Shown here one piece after another: positions 1 through 12,605 of a stretch of DNA of 38,638 nt. Positions within the stretch are counted from its first letter, which is position 1; each line of letters begins with the position of its first letter. The position numbers were made by a program, and so were the translations under genes. Below the pieces are notes generated by a model, which saw nothing but the letters and a program-made list of their open reading frames with translations, was not told the DNA's origin and ran no database searches. The stretch is taken from assembly GCA_051942165.1 (NCBI GenBank), contig JAVECS010000029.1:1-38638 (forward strand), written 5' to 3'. This stretch comes from Circinaria calcarea. Its lineage: Eukaryota.

Positions 1-3000
1 CAGGCGATTGGCTAAACCGTCTGAAATCCTCCACTAGCGGCTCTTCGTTGACCTCACCGTCTTCAGAGACATATTGCTCGGCACTCTCAGCATTAGATAC
101 GGTATATGGATGATCAATTCTCCGAGGACGATTGGGTTCGTACTCCCGAGAACCGCTGTATTTGAATCGATTAAGGTTCTCATAGAATCCATCCCCAGCC
201 CGGCTTTCAGCCCTACGTCCTGCCCGAACCGATGTGAGGGTGCCATGATTGCGACCATAGTCTTCTTCGTGCTCATAGTCAGCTTGAGTAGCGTGGGGAT
301 TCACTCGAGGATCTTGGTTATTGCAGTGCAAACGTTCCTCATGCTGTGAATCATCTGCATTGGGCTGTTCGTCCCGAATTGACGATGGTCTAGTATGCTT
401 GCGGACAGGCCCAATGGTCGCTCGCGTCTGAACGATCCTGCCTAGATATGCTGGTCTATGAGGGTCATACTCATCCTCGCCTGGCGGCTCAGAGGCACGA
501 GCAGTCGACGGCGACGAGGGTCGCAGTCCAGAGTATGGTCTAGGGTAGGAAGGTTCGTCGGTCCGACGTTCCCAGTCGTACGGGTCTGGCTTTGGCACTT
601 CCACAGGAACACCCTGGGTGTATTTGCGTCCAATGGAAGCCATACGACGGTTGCCTTTATGCTTGGGCATCGATCCTACACTGTTTCCATGGCTTATTCT
701 AGGCAACGGATTCAGGAAGACGCCCGGAAAGACCCATGCGATTAACTCTAGTTTTTTATCGTCCATGCCAGGTGCGTTTACCAAGTCGGCGATGAGTGGC
801 GATTCTGGAAGTTCCACCATGTCCCGCTTCCAGTCGGGCCTTACCTCGTCCTGTCCTGGTGGACCTATTACCATGGAGTTTGTTTTCTCCATATGTGCGG
901 TTCTGAAGTGATTGAGAAGGTGGGGCAAAGTGTACAACTTCCTATCACCAATGGCAGCTTGCGTGTGAGGGTAAGTTCCTGCACTCTGCCCACTGCCATC
1001 AGTAACGCATGTCCTGCAGGCTAGGCCATTTAAACTTCGAACAGGTCTCATGAGAGCACTGTGGTCAAGACCGTCGAGGAACATTGACAGACTCGGCTCG
1101 TTAGTGTACTTTTGCGCAAAGCGTGATGCAACGTGATGGATGACAACAAAAATGCGGACGCTTTGTGGAATGTCCTTGATGCCAGAAGTTCCAAACCAGA
1201 CGTCACGGGCATGTTTAGCCATCTCATTCATCTGTATCTGATAAAGGTCAGCGCCTTGTACGGAGAAGCCTTTGCCAGTCTCAATAGGAGCAGTGAAAGG
1301 TGGAGTGGCCGTTGGTGGAAAGTTGTATGGTTGCGATTGCACGTAATCTGTTCTCAGTAGAGGGGCAGGTGCGACTTCCACTGGTCTGTAATGTTGTGTA
1401 TAACTCGGATAAGCGTGGTTCGGATATGGCGCATTCGGCTGATACGTTACCGCTCCGTGAAACCCAGGGTATCCAGCATATCCATTGACATTCCCTGGAG
1501 CAGTAATAGCAGATGATGGGGGAGGATACTGTCCATGTCCATCTGAAAATGACATGTGCTGTCCCTGGATGCTTCCTTGGGTCGCGTAGTGCATATTAGT
1601 AGGCGGTACCGAATATGGTACCTGATAGGAGTCATTCTGGTATTGGACTTGATAAGGTCCAGGAGAGAACTGCGGAATGTCGCATACATGAGAGCCAATC
1701 TGTGGCCCAGCTACTGTCCCTTGCACATATTCACTATATATGCTTGGGGCCTGTGATGATCTGCTGTTTGGAGCGTGTGCTATTGCTGAGAGTGGCATTG
1801 GAATGGCGTAGTACGCTGCTTTGGCGGCGCAAGGGTTGGGGTGGAATGGCGGGTGTTCTGGCCATTCTGAGCGCCAGTGTACCACAACACTGCCCATACT
1901 GAGACTGGTCGTATGCTTCGCAGCATAGTGCTGGATAACGCCTTCAAACCCGTAGAGTTTGAAATTGCCGTCACAGCCATTGCACAAGAACAACTCCTTT
2001 TGAAAATTTTCGGTAAAAGACTTGATTTTATTGTCAAACAGCCATTTCATATTCTCCAGAATTAGCTTCCGCGTTGGAGGTCCATTCAAAGAGTCGGCGG
2101 TAATGCTCTCCCCTGCCGCAATCCGAATAGCGTCCTGGTTGGCAATTTCGTCATAGAACCGCCGGCGGGCATACATCAGAACATCAGCGGCAAACTTGGG
2201 GCAAGTGTCCTTTGTTATACTGTTAGGTTTCGACCAGGCGTCTTCAATAATTTCATCGGCGTAGACTGCCAGCTTATGACGTACAGGGCTCTGAGCTGCG
2301 TCCCATTCTTTGTCAAGTGTTTCTTTGGCTTCTTTAAGTTGTGCATCTTGCTGGCGCCGTTCATCTGATTTAGCTTGAAGCATTTTACCTTGATGAATTC
2401 GTTCGTCCTCTCGACGCTGCGCAGATTCCCGTTGAGCTAGTAAGCGGGGCTTAAGGACATCCCAGGCGTTATCGGTCAGCATCGTAGATATCTGAACAGC
2501 GGCTTGGAAGGATTCCATGTGGTGTAAGACACTTGGTTCCAAAGGAGGGTCAAGGGTCAAACAACGACGCTCTATTTCTGCACGACGAGCAGCTTTGGCT
2601 TCATTGACATCCCGAAGGCTCCGTCCTGGACGTGCTTGCTGAGAGTTTGTTGGGGGCCGCTGTGGTAGCCCATCACGAGACGGCGCAGGAAGTGTTCGAG
2701 TCGTCTGTATAACAGCTAGGTGCCATGGTTAATATACCACGCTGACAACTTCCTAGGGAGATTAGGCTTACCTGGGATATTGGGCACCAGCGAGGGGTCT
2801 CCAAGAGAGCTAACTTCTTGGCCAGTCCGAGCACAGGTAGAAGGCGTGCTGGGGGATGCTTGCCCGAAAGAGAGGTCGACCACCTTAACCTGATCGAAAC
2901 CAACCTGAGGAAGTTGCTTCACAGGCGGCACTGTAGACCGGCTATTTGGCCGTGCATTGACCTTTTTTAACCCACCTTTAGCTTCCCATTGCTCCCAACG

Positions 3001-4287
3001 TGCTGCATCACTGGATCTGTCCTTGCCTTCTGAATCGAGTCCTTTGATCCATTCCTCGGCTGAAGCGGAACCGAGGTCTTTGACATGGTCGAATTGACGC
3101 TTGATTTCTTCAATATGAGGCTTGTAGTAATGTTTAGTTAATTGCACCTCCGGCGGTGGCGCCATGCTTCGAAGAGCCATGGAAGCTACAAGATTATCCG
3201 ACTGCGATACAAACGCGTATGAAAGCGCAGGTATTAGAAATGACGGAAATGTGGACGAAAATAGCAAGGTTACCTCCTAATAAAGGTTAGATAATCTCAT
3301 TCACGTCCACATTCTTGAATGTACCTTTTCCGAGCAGTTCTTCATACACGTTCCGCAGCACCTGATACCAAAAGGCCAAATAACGCACACCCTGTCGGAA
3401 CCCGGCCCACATTGCCATGGATTTGTTGAGTCAAAGGTCGTCAGTAGGGACTTCCTCTCGCCGCATATCTGGCAATCGTTACCGCGTAGGAGTCTCCACA
3501 TCTCCAATTCGGTAAGTCCACGGAGAGGTCTAGGCAAGCCAGGACAGAATCTCTTACGGGACGCCATCCAAATGGAATCCGGACTGAGAGGCTTCAGGGC
3601 TCCCGTGGTTTTCGGCTTGTCATTAGTCTTAGGAGATGTAATAGGCGTCAGTATTGCATTGAAAGCACGGTCAACTCGCAGCAAACGACCAAGAAAAACT
3701 GGCGGAACATAAGAGAATATGTGTTGCCAAATCTCAGTAGGCATGATGGGCCCCCAGCCTTGCTTGGTCTCGGTACCCTGCTGTATAACGGTCCCATTGC
3801 TGAGCCCAGACAGATAATCTAAGCTTCTGGTGGTATCCATGCCCCGATCATTCTTCCCAGGATGCCTGCTTCCATGGAAAATAGGTCTAAGATCTCTATT
3901 ACCAAATTCCACATTTCCGATGGAGTTTGTAAGATCCTTGGCCATTGCCGGCGGAATTCGATTAGATGAGGGCAAACCATTATCTGGGTCTTGGGCCCTT
4001 TTGCGTTTGTGGGTTCCGTTGCAGGTATCCTCGGCGTGTTTGGAGTCTTTGGACACGACAGTATCAGGATCACTTGAATCCATTCCTGAAGACATGTCCA
4101 TGTCCTCTGACGTCGGAGCTAATGGCTTGACCGTGTCAGCGCTGGTGTCAGACGGCACTAAATTAGATCCATTGGGAGACCCAGATCGAGGCTTTGCGCT
4201 GGGCAGAGACGATGAATGGGGGTCGTCTGATTCAGATATGGAATACAGGTCCGAGGAGGACGCGGGACTAGAAGTGACAGGGCTCAT
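1..4287 (-). CDS. Large fungal F-box-like / zinc-finger protein, 3' end beyond the left edge of the window (exons 4287-3325, 3276-2772, 2715-<1)
   Basis: F-box-like MPTEIWQHIFSYVPPVFLGRLLRV, followed by CQICG..CCGTC. Introns 3324-3277 (GTACAT..CTAAC..TAG) and 2771-2716 (GTAAGC..TAG) join in frame to RSLRDVNEAKAARRAEIERRC. Further C2H2-like motifs: CNGC..HYAAKH (~1990-1920) and CRTC..HFRTAH (~1020-890). Exon 3 is absent from the ORF track, consistent with no stop before position 1. Confidence 0.8.
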
Positions 4288-5097
4288 GGCTCCGTTATGA
4301 CATCAAGGCTGACTCCCCAAATCGAGGCGAACGTGACCTTGGAGGTAGAGAAAGTACCTTGAACTCCTGTATTCCGCCTAATTCCAATGCGAAATTAGGG
4401 AAAGTAGCAATGATAGGTGCGTGCAGATACAGGAAGAAAAAGTGCAGGTAAAGCCTTTCGAGATGACAGCTGTATGGCGATACAGGCAAACGCCCAAGAC
4501 GTCTTCGGCGATTAGTACAGTGAGCCGTGAGAGGAGTGTAGAAAAGGATGGTCCTCTGAATCCGGGCGATGACGATATCAGAAACGAGAGGGAGGAGACC
4601 GGTAAGGATGATAAAGGTGACTCTTGAGAGTGCTGATGAACAGAGAAAGGGCTGTGGGGGACAGCCGCGTACTTATACAATCCTGTCGTCGATTGAAGGG
4701 GTATAGGACGGGTAGAGCAGTAGTTGCAAGGCGATAACGATGTGAAGGAAAATGCGGATCGACGGTCGAAATGGGGCATGCGAAGGAAAGATGTCCGAGA
4801 GAAATATTGTAAGGCAGCCAATTGCCTGTTAGCGCTGACGCAGGGGTTGCCTCGGTCTCTCTTTACTCCGTAATCCGGAGAATACGGCGGAGCGCATGGA
4901 AGCTCTGTGCAACCATCACGGGGTGGTACGGAGTAGTGCTTATACGACAGAGATGGGGAGCAACTACGAAGTGTCGAAAGCTCTCAATCTCCTTCTGCAA
5001 CGGTGTACGGAAGCAATTTAGTCGACCCCGGGATCTGGATTCACTCCGCAGATATCAGGCGTTGGTTGTAACAGCTCCATAAACCCATGCACAAAGT

Positions 5098-7790
5098 ATG
5101 GCTACCTTAAACCTGTCCACTAACGGACCATCAATCTCCAAGAGCTATCAATCTATTGTCAACTCTCCGGCTCCTTCAGGGAATCCCGCCAAGTCTCCTA
5201 CCTATGGGCAATGGGCTGTGTACTCGGTGTCAGCTCCCCTGATCAACGCCTTCCAACAAGACGCAGGGGGAAAAGAGAGTGTGCTGAAAGTGCAAAGCAC
5301 CGGCGGTATGACTCCGGAACAGAAATCATGTCTGACCTGCTAACCCACTCTATAGAGGGTGAGCTGGTCGATCTGATTGATGAATTCTCGGACGGCAGAG
5401 TACAGTTTGCTTTCCTCAAAATCAAAGATTCCAATACATCACTACCAAAGTCTGTTCTAATAGGCTGGTGTGGGGAAGGTGTGCCGGAGAGAACCAAAGG
5501 CTACTTCACAAGCCATCTCGCTGCTGTCGCCAAGGTTCTTCATGTGCGTATTTAGCACCTACCACCGGGCTTTCGCTCTCGCTGATACGTACAATAGGGC
5601 TATCATGTACAGATTACTGCTCGATCAGATCGGGACCTTACACCCGAGAGTATTATTCAGAAGATATCTGATGCATCTAGTGCCAAATACTCTGCTGCAA
5701 GCTCCACTGACAACACTGCCGCCCCTTCAGCCCCTCCGTTGACGAAGCCTGTTTTCATGCCAACTCGCAATACTGGCGGTGCTGGCGGCTTCAATCCGTT
5801 GGCAGGATCTCAAAGGCGTACAGGCAGTCAGGGAAATCAGAATGTGGATGAGGATGGTTGGGGTGATGATGCGCCTCCGGTCACAAGGACTCAGCTCGAG
5901 AAGGTGCAGTCTTCATACCAACCTACAAAGGTCAATATGCGCGAGATAAGCTCCCAAGGACAAGAGCCTATGCGATTCAATGGCACAAGCAAGGGCGACA
6001 GTAATGAGCGGAGTGATATAGTAAAAGGAGGCTATCAACCAGTGGGCAAAGTAGATATAGCCGCTCTACGGAGACAGGCTCAGTCGAGTAACTCCACGAC
6101 TGACGACAGGCCATCTATTGTGAAGGGCTCATATGAGCCAGTAGGAAAGGTTGACATCGCAGCTATTCGGGCGAAGGCACAAGGTTCATCGGATGGAGCG
6201 GCATCACCGCAGCCTAGTATTTCTCCAGCAGTTACTGATACTTCAGTACGAACTAGCAAACCCGGTGATGAGCAACGATCCGTTCTTGACCGATCAACGC
6301 CTTTTACGACATCTGAGCGTCTAACTTCTCTTCCAAAACCCAAAGTCGCTAATCGATTTGGACTGAGTGCAAGTAACTTCACTGGGACAAAAGCGCCCGC
6401 ACCTGGTGGGTATGGATACGAATCGAAAGTAAGCCCAAGTGGTCCGCCTGTCGGCGTGGGGCGGACTTTTGCGGATGAAGGTGGCAAAACACCAGCTCAA
6501 ATTTGGGCGGAAAAGAAGGCTCGCGAGCGAGGTATAAGTGGAACAGGTGATAAGTCACCGTCAACAGGGGTAGGAGCCCCGGTATCCCCATTAACTAGTC
6601 AAACGTCAGGAGAATGGAAGAGCGGGTATGCCGGGAGATCTTGGGCTCCCGTAACAACTACAAAGACGGGGCAATCATCCAACAGCCTGGAACATCAACG
6701 AACAGGCCAGGATGGACAGCATTCTGATGAGGGGCCTCAGTCACCTGTAGGAGGTGTCGGAGTCCTTCGCGATAGATTTAAGAATGCACCACCAATGGGC
6801 GCAGCTACCACAGGTTCGGAAAGATCCGTACCGAGCTCAGCCCCCCTCGACACCTCCACTAAATCCGACGTGATCAGAGGAATTCCTATACCGGGACTTC
6901 CCACACGTCCCGCTCAAGGGACTCGAGAGGCGCCGCGAATGCCATCACCACCGCCACAGCCCCCGCGAAGCCCTACACCGCCAACTCCACCTGCAATGGA
7001 CTCTGGCTCTCCTATCCGCGTAGCTATACCTGTCGCACGGGGCCAAGAGCCAGAAATCGAAGACGCTCGCCAAGAGCAGTTCTCACCCCCACCAGTCATG
7101 CCCACACGTTCACTTGAGCAAGCTGTTCCGCACGAAGATGAGCTAGAAGATGAACCATCGGGACCTGATCCCGCTCGTGCTACAGCAACAGCTGTGGCTG
7201 CCAACTCCTTTGGCCAGCAAGCCACGGAATCCGCACAACCGGGCGCACACACAAGCGGGAAGCGGGCACTGGTCCAATACGACTATGAGAAAGCGGAGGA
7301 TAATGAGTTGGAGCTGAAAGAAGGCGAGTACGTTATTAACATCGAGATGGTAGATGAAGATTGGTGGATGGGACAGAACCCACACGGCGAGACGGGCCTG
7401 TTCCCAAGTAACTACGTGGAACTGGTTGAGGATGATGCTTCACGCGGACACGAACATGTGCCTGAACAACCACTGCACCACGAATCAACGGCAGAATCTG
7501 CCCCACCAGCGGGCCCTGTCCCAAGCATGCTCGAGGCGGGTCATGATTCGAGCCATGGAGCGGTGGCTACGGCGCTTTATGATTATGAGGCCGCGGAGGA
7601 TAACGAGTTGAGTTTCCCGGACGGAGCGAAGATCACAGGAGTCGTGAGTAGTCGGACCTTTCCCAACTTCGCCCCGTGTTACCATCCACTGACACGTGCA
7701 TAGGAATTCCCGGATGAAGATTGGTGGTCGGGATATTATGGCGGCAAGTCTGGACTCTTCCCTGCCAATTACGTACAACTAGACGAATAG
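5098..7790 (+). CDS. ABP1: Actin-binding protein Abp1/App1 type (ADF-H domain, Pro-rich linker, two SH3 domains); exons 5098-5305, 5356-5543, 5598-7643, 7704-7790
   Basis: ADF-H-like DEFSDGRVQFAF..LPKSVLIGWCGEGVPERTKG. SH3 domains ALVQYDYEKAEDNEL..WWMG..GLFPSNYV and ATALYDYEAAEDNEL..|EFPDEDWWSG..GLFPANYVQLDE*. Three GT-AG introns with branch points restore the frame. Confidence 0.93.
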
Positions 7791-8130
7791 ATCAGCGGCG
7801 GGCCGGACAAAAAGAGAGAGATGCGTAGTTTGCTCTTGCGGCGAGTCTTGATAGCCCATAAAAAACCGAGGCCAGAATTTTGGTTCGTCGTGTAACACAA
7901 AAGTGCTCCCCCTGCAATACATTGAAAGTGATCGAGTACAAAACTGATGCCTAATTGAGCGGATATCTAGTAGAGTACAGGGACCGGATTGAGCCATGCA
8001 GCTCGATCATAAGAGACTTTGATCAAGGCCGCCAGAATCAAACTGGATACACATATAACCCACCGCAAATCCCCTACCATGACACCCAGATGCGTGAGGA
8101 GTAGAATCCAATCCAAATCTATCCCTACTT

Positions 8131-10745
8131 CTAGAGGACCTCTCCCACAATCCTGGCAGCTTCCCTATAAGTCCCCAGCAACCTCTCGCACTTCTCCCTT
8201 TCCGCCTTGATTCCATCATCCTCGTACAGCAGCTCGTTGAACAATTCCTCTTTGTAAAGCTCACTGACCAGTCGATTCTGCACGGCCTCTTTGGAATGGT
8301 TCACGAGTAAGTGCATAACGGCCTTGGGAACTTGGTCGGCGATGCTCTCGCGGACGATATTGAAATAGGAGGAGATCAGGCGGCGAATGAGTTCTGTTTC
8401 AAGGGCTTCACGTTCGGTGAGGTCGGGTGGTGGCGGACTGTGAGGGATGGTTGGCTGCGAGGTGGTCAGTATTTCCTATAGGGTTCCGGGAGTTTGCGCA
8501 CGATTAGGGAGATATACTTACGTATTGTGAGGTGTATTCGTAATCTCTGGATGATCGTACATCATAATCATCTGGATGTGGCTGGTGCGATGACATGGAA
8601 CCACCTCGGTCCCTTATACGGTTGTCTCCTCTGCGTATACTTTGACTAAAGCTCGGCTCGATATTGTGACTTATATGACGATTCCCCATTGCTGCTGCCG
8701 CTGCAGTTCCACCGACAGCCAAAGAACTGGAACTGCCTGCTGAGGGTAAACCTCCTTCCTTGCCGAAGAAGTAGTTTAAGAAAGAATCGCGACCATTGCC
8801 TGCGGGAGTATGTCCAAATCTAGGTGGTGAGCTAGCTCGTCCGCCACTCATGGCGGCAGAAATGCCATTGTGTCCATTCTCAGCCGCACGCCCTACGGCT
8901 GGTGACATACTCCGGCCAGCTTTGGTAATATGGTTCCGAGTATGGAGACCTTGTATAGTCTTCGTCTCGTCCTGTGCTTCTTCTTCATCCTCTGGGGTTT
9001 CTGTACCATTGGCACCATCAAGTTCTTTTAATCGCCGGCGGTCTCTCTTCCGTCGCTCCTCAGCTGCAGTAGCTTTTTTCTCCTTCTCTTGTTTATCCTG
9101 TATAACGGATGACATCGCGGCTGCAGCTCCTAGGAAGTTGGGGTGGTTCGTGTTTATGTAGGCGCGCTGAATGGCGATGAGTGATTCAACATAATTCGAA
9201 CAGGGGCCAAGCCTTTCTCGGAGGAGATCCGATACAACCTCAATCAACTTGGCCTGTAGGCGAGGGAAACGAGAGAGTTCTACTGAGCCGCAAGTGTGAC
9301 ATATCTTGATCAATTCTTCGTACACTAGTTCCACGCATCGTTGACTGGGCACGTCGAGCATTTTAATTTGAGGCTTGACCAGTAGGTCAAAGGCCAGTTC
9401 CGGAACGAAGAGGCTAGGTCGAGGTCCAGTTGAATTACGGATTGCTGTTCGAATATCGAGGACGGAGAGATTTGTGGTCGGGTCGATGGTTTCCAAAGAG
9501 TTCCCGAATACCGAGTTGAAGATGTAGTATATCCGCGCCCCCCCACACAGCTCTTGCGTGGATATCTCAGACGAGGTTCCATCGATGGAAGAAATAAAGG
9601 AAGAAGCGAAGCGTGTCATAAGCTGCAGGATTAGAGAGCCTCGGTGTTCCTTTCCACTAAACTGCATGTTGCCGTAACTTGCCAGTTCTTGCTGTGTCTG
9701 CCCCATTAGTGTGTTAAGCCTAGCCTTGATATCCGGAAGTCGATCGCGAATGTGGGCCATCAGAGTGGTATTCAAGCTCTTCGCCAAGAATTGTGTTCCG
9801 CAACGGTTCGCCATATTCCGATACGCAGGATGGTGTCTGAAGAATTCAGCTTCTGATTTTAGCGCTTCCGCCAACGACTTGTTGCCCTGAATGTCCTGCT
9901 GTGATCGATTGACGACTCCGATAAAGCCTAGCTTGAGAGGATAGACACGCCCGGAAAGGATGTCGAGGGCGTTTGTGCCGTGATCCATCAGATCGATTTT
10001 CGTGAGGACACCAATAGTACGACGGCCCATGGGGTCCACGTACCGAGCAAGTTTTAGGGCTTCAGAGTTGACAATGTCAACATTGGCTGGTGATACTGCC
10101 AGAATGATGCTGTTCGGCTTCGCAATATACTCCGAGATGAGGTTCCTTGTCTGCTTCTCAATATCTCCCGGCTGATCTCCGATCGGCACTTTCGTCAGGC
10201 CAGGGAGGTCAACCAACGTCAGGCTCAGGACGTGGGGAGAGTATATTTTCAGATTCATGGGCTGCCGGTTGATGCCTTTGTTGTTGCCCGCTATCCTGGC
10301 GGTCTCGTTCTCAATCTCCCTCTTTACCTCTGCGAAATCGTAAAACTTTTGTCCCGGCATGTGATGAAACTCTGCCCACTCGCCCTGCCCAGCGACACTT
10401 GCAGCAGTGTGCGGAATATGGATTTCATCCGCCTCCGGCCTGTCATCTCGTTCGCTTGGCACATTTATGAGCTGCAGCACCAACGGCCTCCGAGTAACGA
10501 TGCCGCTTCCGCGCGGTAGGAAATCCCGGCCAACGATGTTCTCGAGAACGGAGGATTTGCCAGAGGACTGCGATCCAACCACCACCTTACGATTGTCAGC
10601 GGGGATAACCCTACACTACCGGGCTTGGGTTTTGGATAGAACATACAATCTGGGGGAGGTCCAGCGAGTCATTCCCAATGGTATTGAAAACCAGGTCCTG
10701 AAGCTTGTTGACCGTCCCAAGAAGATCCTCTCCTAGGGAAGCCAT
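8131..10745 (-). CDS. DNM1: Dynamin-related mitochondrial/peroxisomal fission GTPase Dnm1; exons 10745-10647, 10585-8522, 8454-8131
   Basis: MASLGEDLLGTVNKLQDLVF..LDLPQI|VVVGSQSSGKSS (G1), DLPG (G3), TKID (G4), middle domain, long variable insert, GED ETELIRRLISSYF..AARIVGEVL*. Confidence 0.95.
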
Positions 10746-11358
10746 GGCAGAGTCTAAGGCTGGCGCCCGCTACCTGCTCTAACCCCTTGGGCTTCCTCCT
10801 CGTGGTGAATCGAAGTTGTCGGGCTCAACAGAGGAGAGATTAGACCCTTTGAACACACCACGAATTGCGGAGGTGGTGAGGCAATGGGTAACAGGAGTTG
10901 AAAGCAAACGGAGATGTGTCGTGGCCGGGTAAACAACGGGCACACTCGAGTTGGGGGAATTCGAGCCGGTCGAGCTCCGGTGCTGGAAGGATTTTGCGTC
11001 GATGCCTGGATGCGCCTCTTTCTATTCTTGCCTCACTCCTCTCTGCGGAAACAGCAAACAGCCAACAGCCGAAATTACGCATGTGCTCAAGCTACGGTTG
11101 CCCGGTGCAAGGATCGCATGACGTCTTGGCTTGCTCCCCCTGGAGGAACAATGCGGGGTCGGGCCGGCCAGAGTGTATTTATGTCGGACAGGTCCCGAAC
11201 TTATACCTTAAGCTCTATCCTGAGCATGTCATCCTAGTGCTCGGTCGGCAACTGCGAGAAGTACCCAGCACTCCGTATCTAGTACCCAGGCATAGGCTGG
11301 GGCTCAATTGGTAGCTGCCTCACCGTCCTTCCCGTCCTGTCTCCGAGAGAGAGCCATC

Positions 11359-12318
11359 ATGCACCCATTCACAATTGCTTTGATCCTCATAACCCTATCA
11401 GAATTACGGACGGGTGGAGCGGCTCCCTTCATAGCAAACCATCAGGCTAGTCTCACTGGCCACGCCGCTGGTGCCGGCGACATCAGAGCAGCGTGAGCCC
11501 TTGTCCAGCTCGGCCCCTGTGCTCCTACATTGCTTCCGTTGACCGTGCCTCAGGCTCAAGAAATCCTCAATCATTCCGGATGGTGACGATCTAGTCCCGA
11601 AGCCTTTGCAAGCCGTTTCTCGAATCTGACCATGACCGTCAACAGTCCTGTCCGATTTCCTCCCCAGCCACTCCCTGAGTCTCTCTTACCCGTCCACCCA
11701 CGCATCTGTCAGGCTGGGGAATCATGTGTCCCCCTCCTCCGTCTCTTCGCCACCGACCTTCGAAATCCACCCACTCACTTCTCCCTCCTCCCACCTAACT
11801 CCAACCCGTATCTTGGCCAGCAACGCAACCTACACTCTCATTCTCACCGACCCAGACGCGACCTCTCGCGCCGACCCTGCAATGGCCGAGATGTGTCATT
11901 GGATCCTGACAGGGATAACGCTGACAAAGGCGAATGCTTCCAGCCAATTAGAAGACGGTGCCTACATCTTGGAGCTGAGTACCGAGATTGGGGTAGAGGG
12001 CAAGGTAACAGAATTAGTGGAGTATTTACCTCCTTCGCCACCACCGAAGACCGGGGACCATCGTTATGTGTTTGTGCTGCTTGCGCCGCAGGGGGATGAA
12101 GCGGGGAGGAAGTTAACGAAGCCCAAGGACAGGCAGCATTGGGGCTATGGGAAAGTCGGGAAAGGCGTTGGTAATTGGGCGAGAGAAAACGGGCTGGTCG
12201 CTGTTGGTAAGCTTGTTCTACCTGTGCTTGAGGTTGTAATTGAAGATGTTTGGAAGAACAGCAACCTGACCCTGAAGTAGGCACGAATTTCTTCTATGCG
12301 CAGAATAAGCAACAGTAA
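11359..12318 (+). CDS. Phosphatidylethanolamine-binding (PEBP, Tfs1-like) protein with predicted signal peptide; exons 11359-11492, 11554-11582, 11646-12206, 12281-12318
   Basis: PEBP motifs YTLILTDPDA, HWI, EYLPPSPPPKTGDHRYVFVL, WARENGLVAV|GTNFFYAQ. Upstream exons give MHPFTIALILITL..ALKKSSIIPDVLSDF through canonical GT-AG introns. Confidence 0.85.
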
Positions 12319-12605
12319 AACAGAGTCAAACCTGGGCACAGGGCATATTAATAAGGGAACTCGCTGCCTCGTACAAACCATAATCTGGGATAACAATCGA
12401 GTCCATGTATCGGTGCTCCACTGTCATTTATCGCTGTAAGCCAAAGAACATCGTCCATGCTTCATTTGCCCGCCGGACCATGACGAGCCAAATATCATTA
12501 AACAATTTACAGGGGTGAGTAAGTAGTGCCTGGATAATGGTCAAACGTCGTTCTTTTGTAGGTTTGCGATGGAAGTACGATCCGCTACCAATTTATCTTC
12601 TCGGA

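Noticed and set aside
34..2903. Numerous short ORFs in the track over 1-2.9 kb (and antisense ORFs over other genes)
   Set aside because: Explained as alternative-frame or antisense shadows of the long minus-strand exon and of the other identified CDSs.
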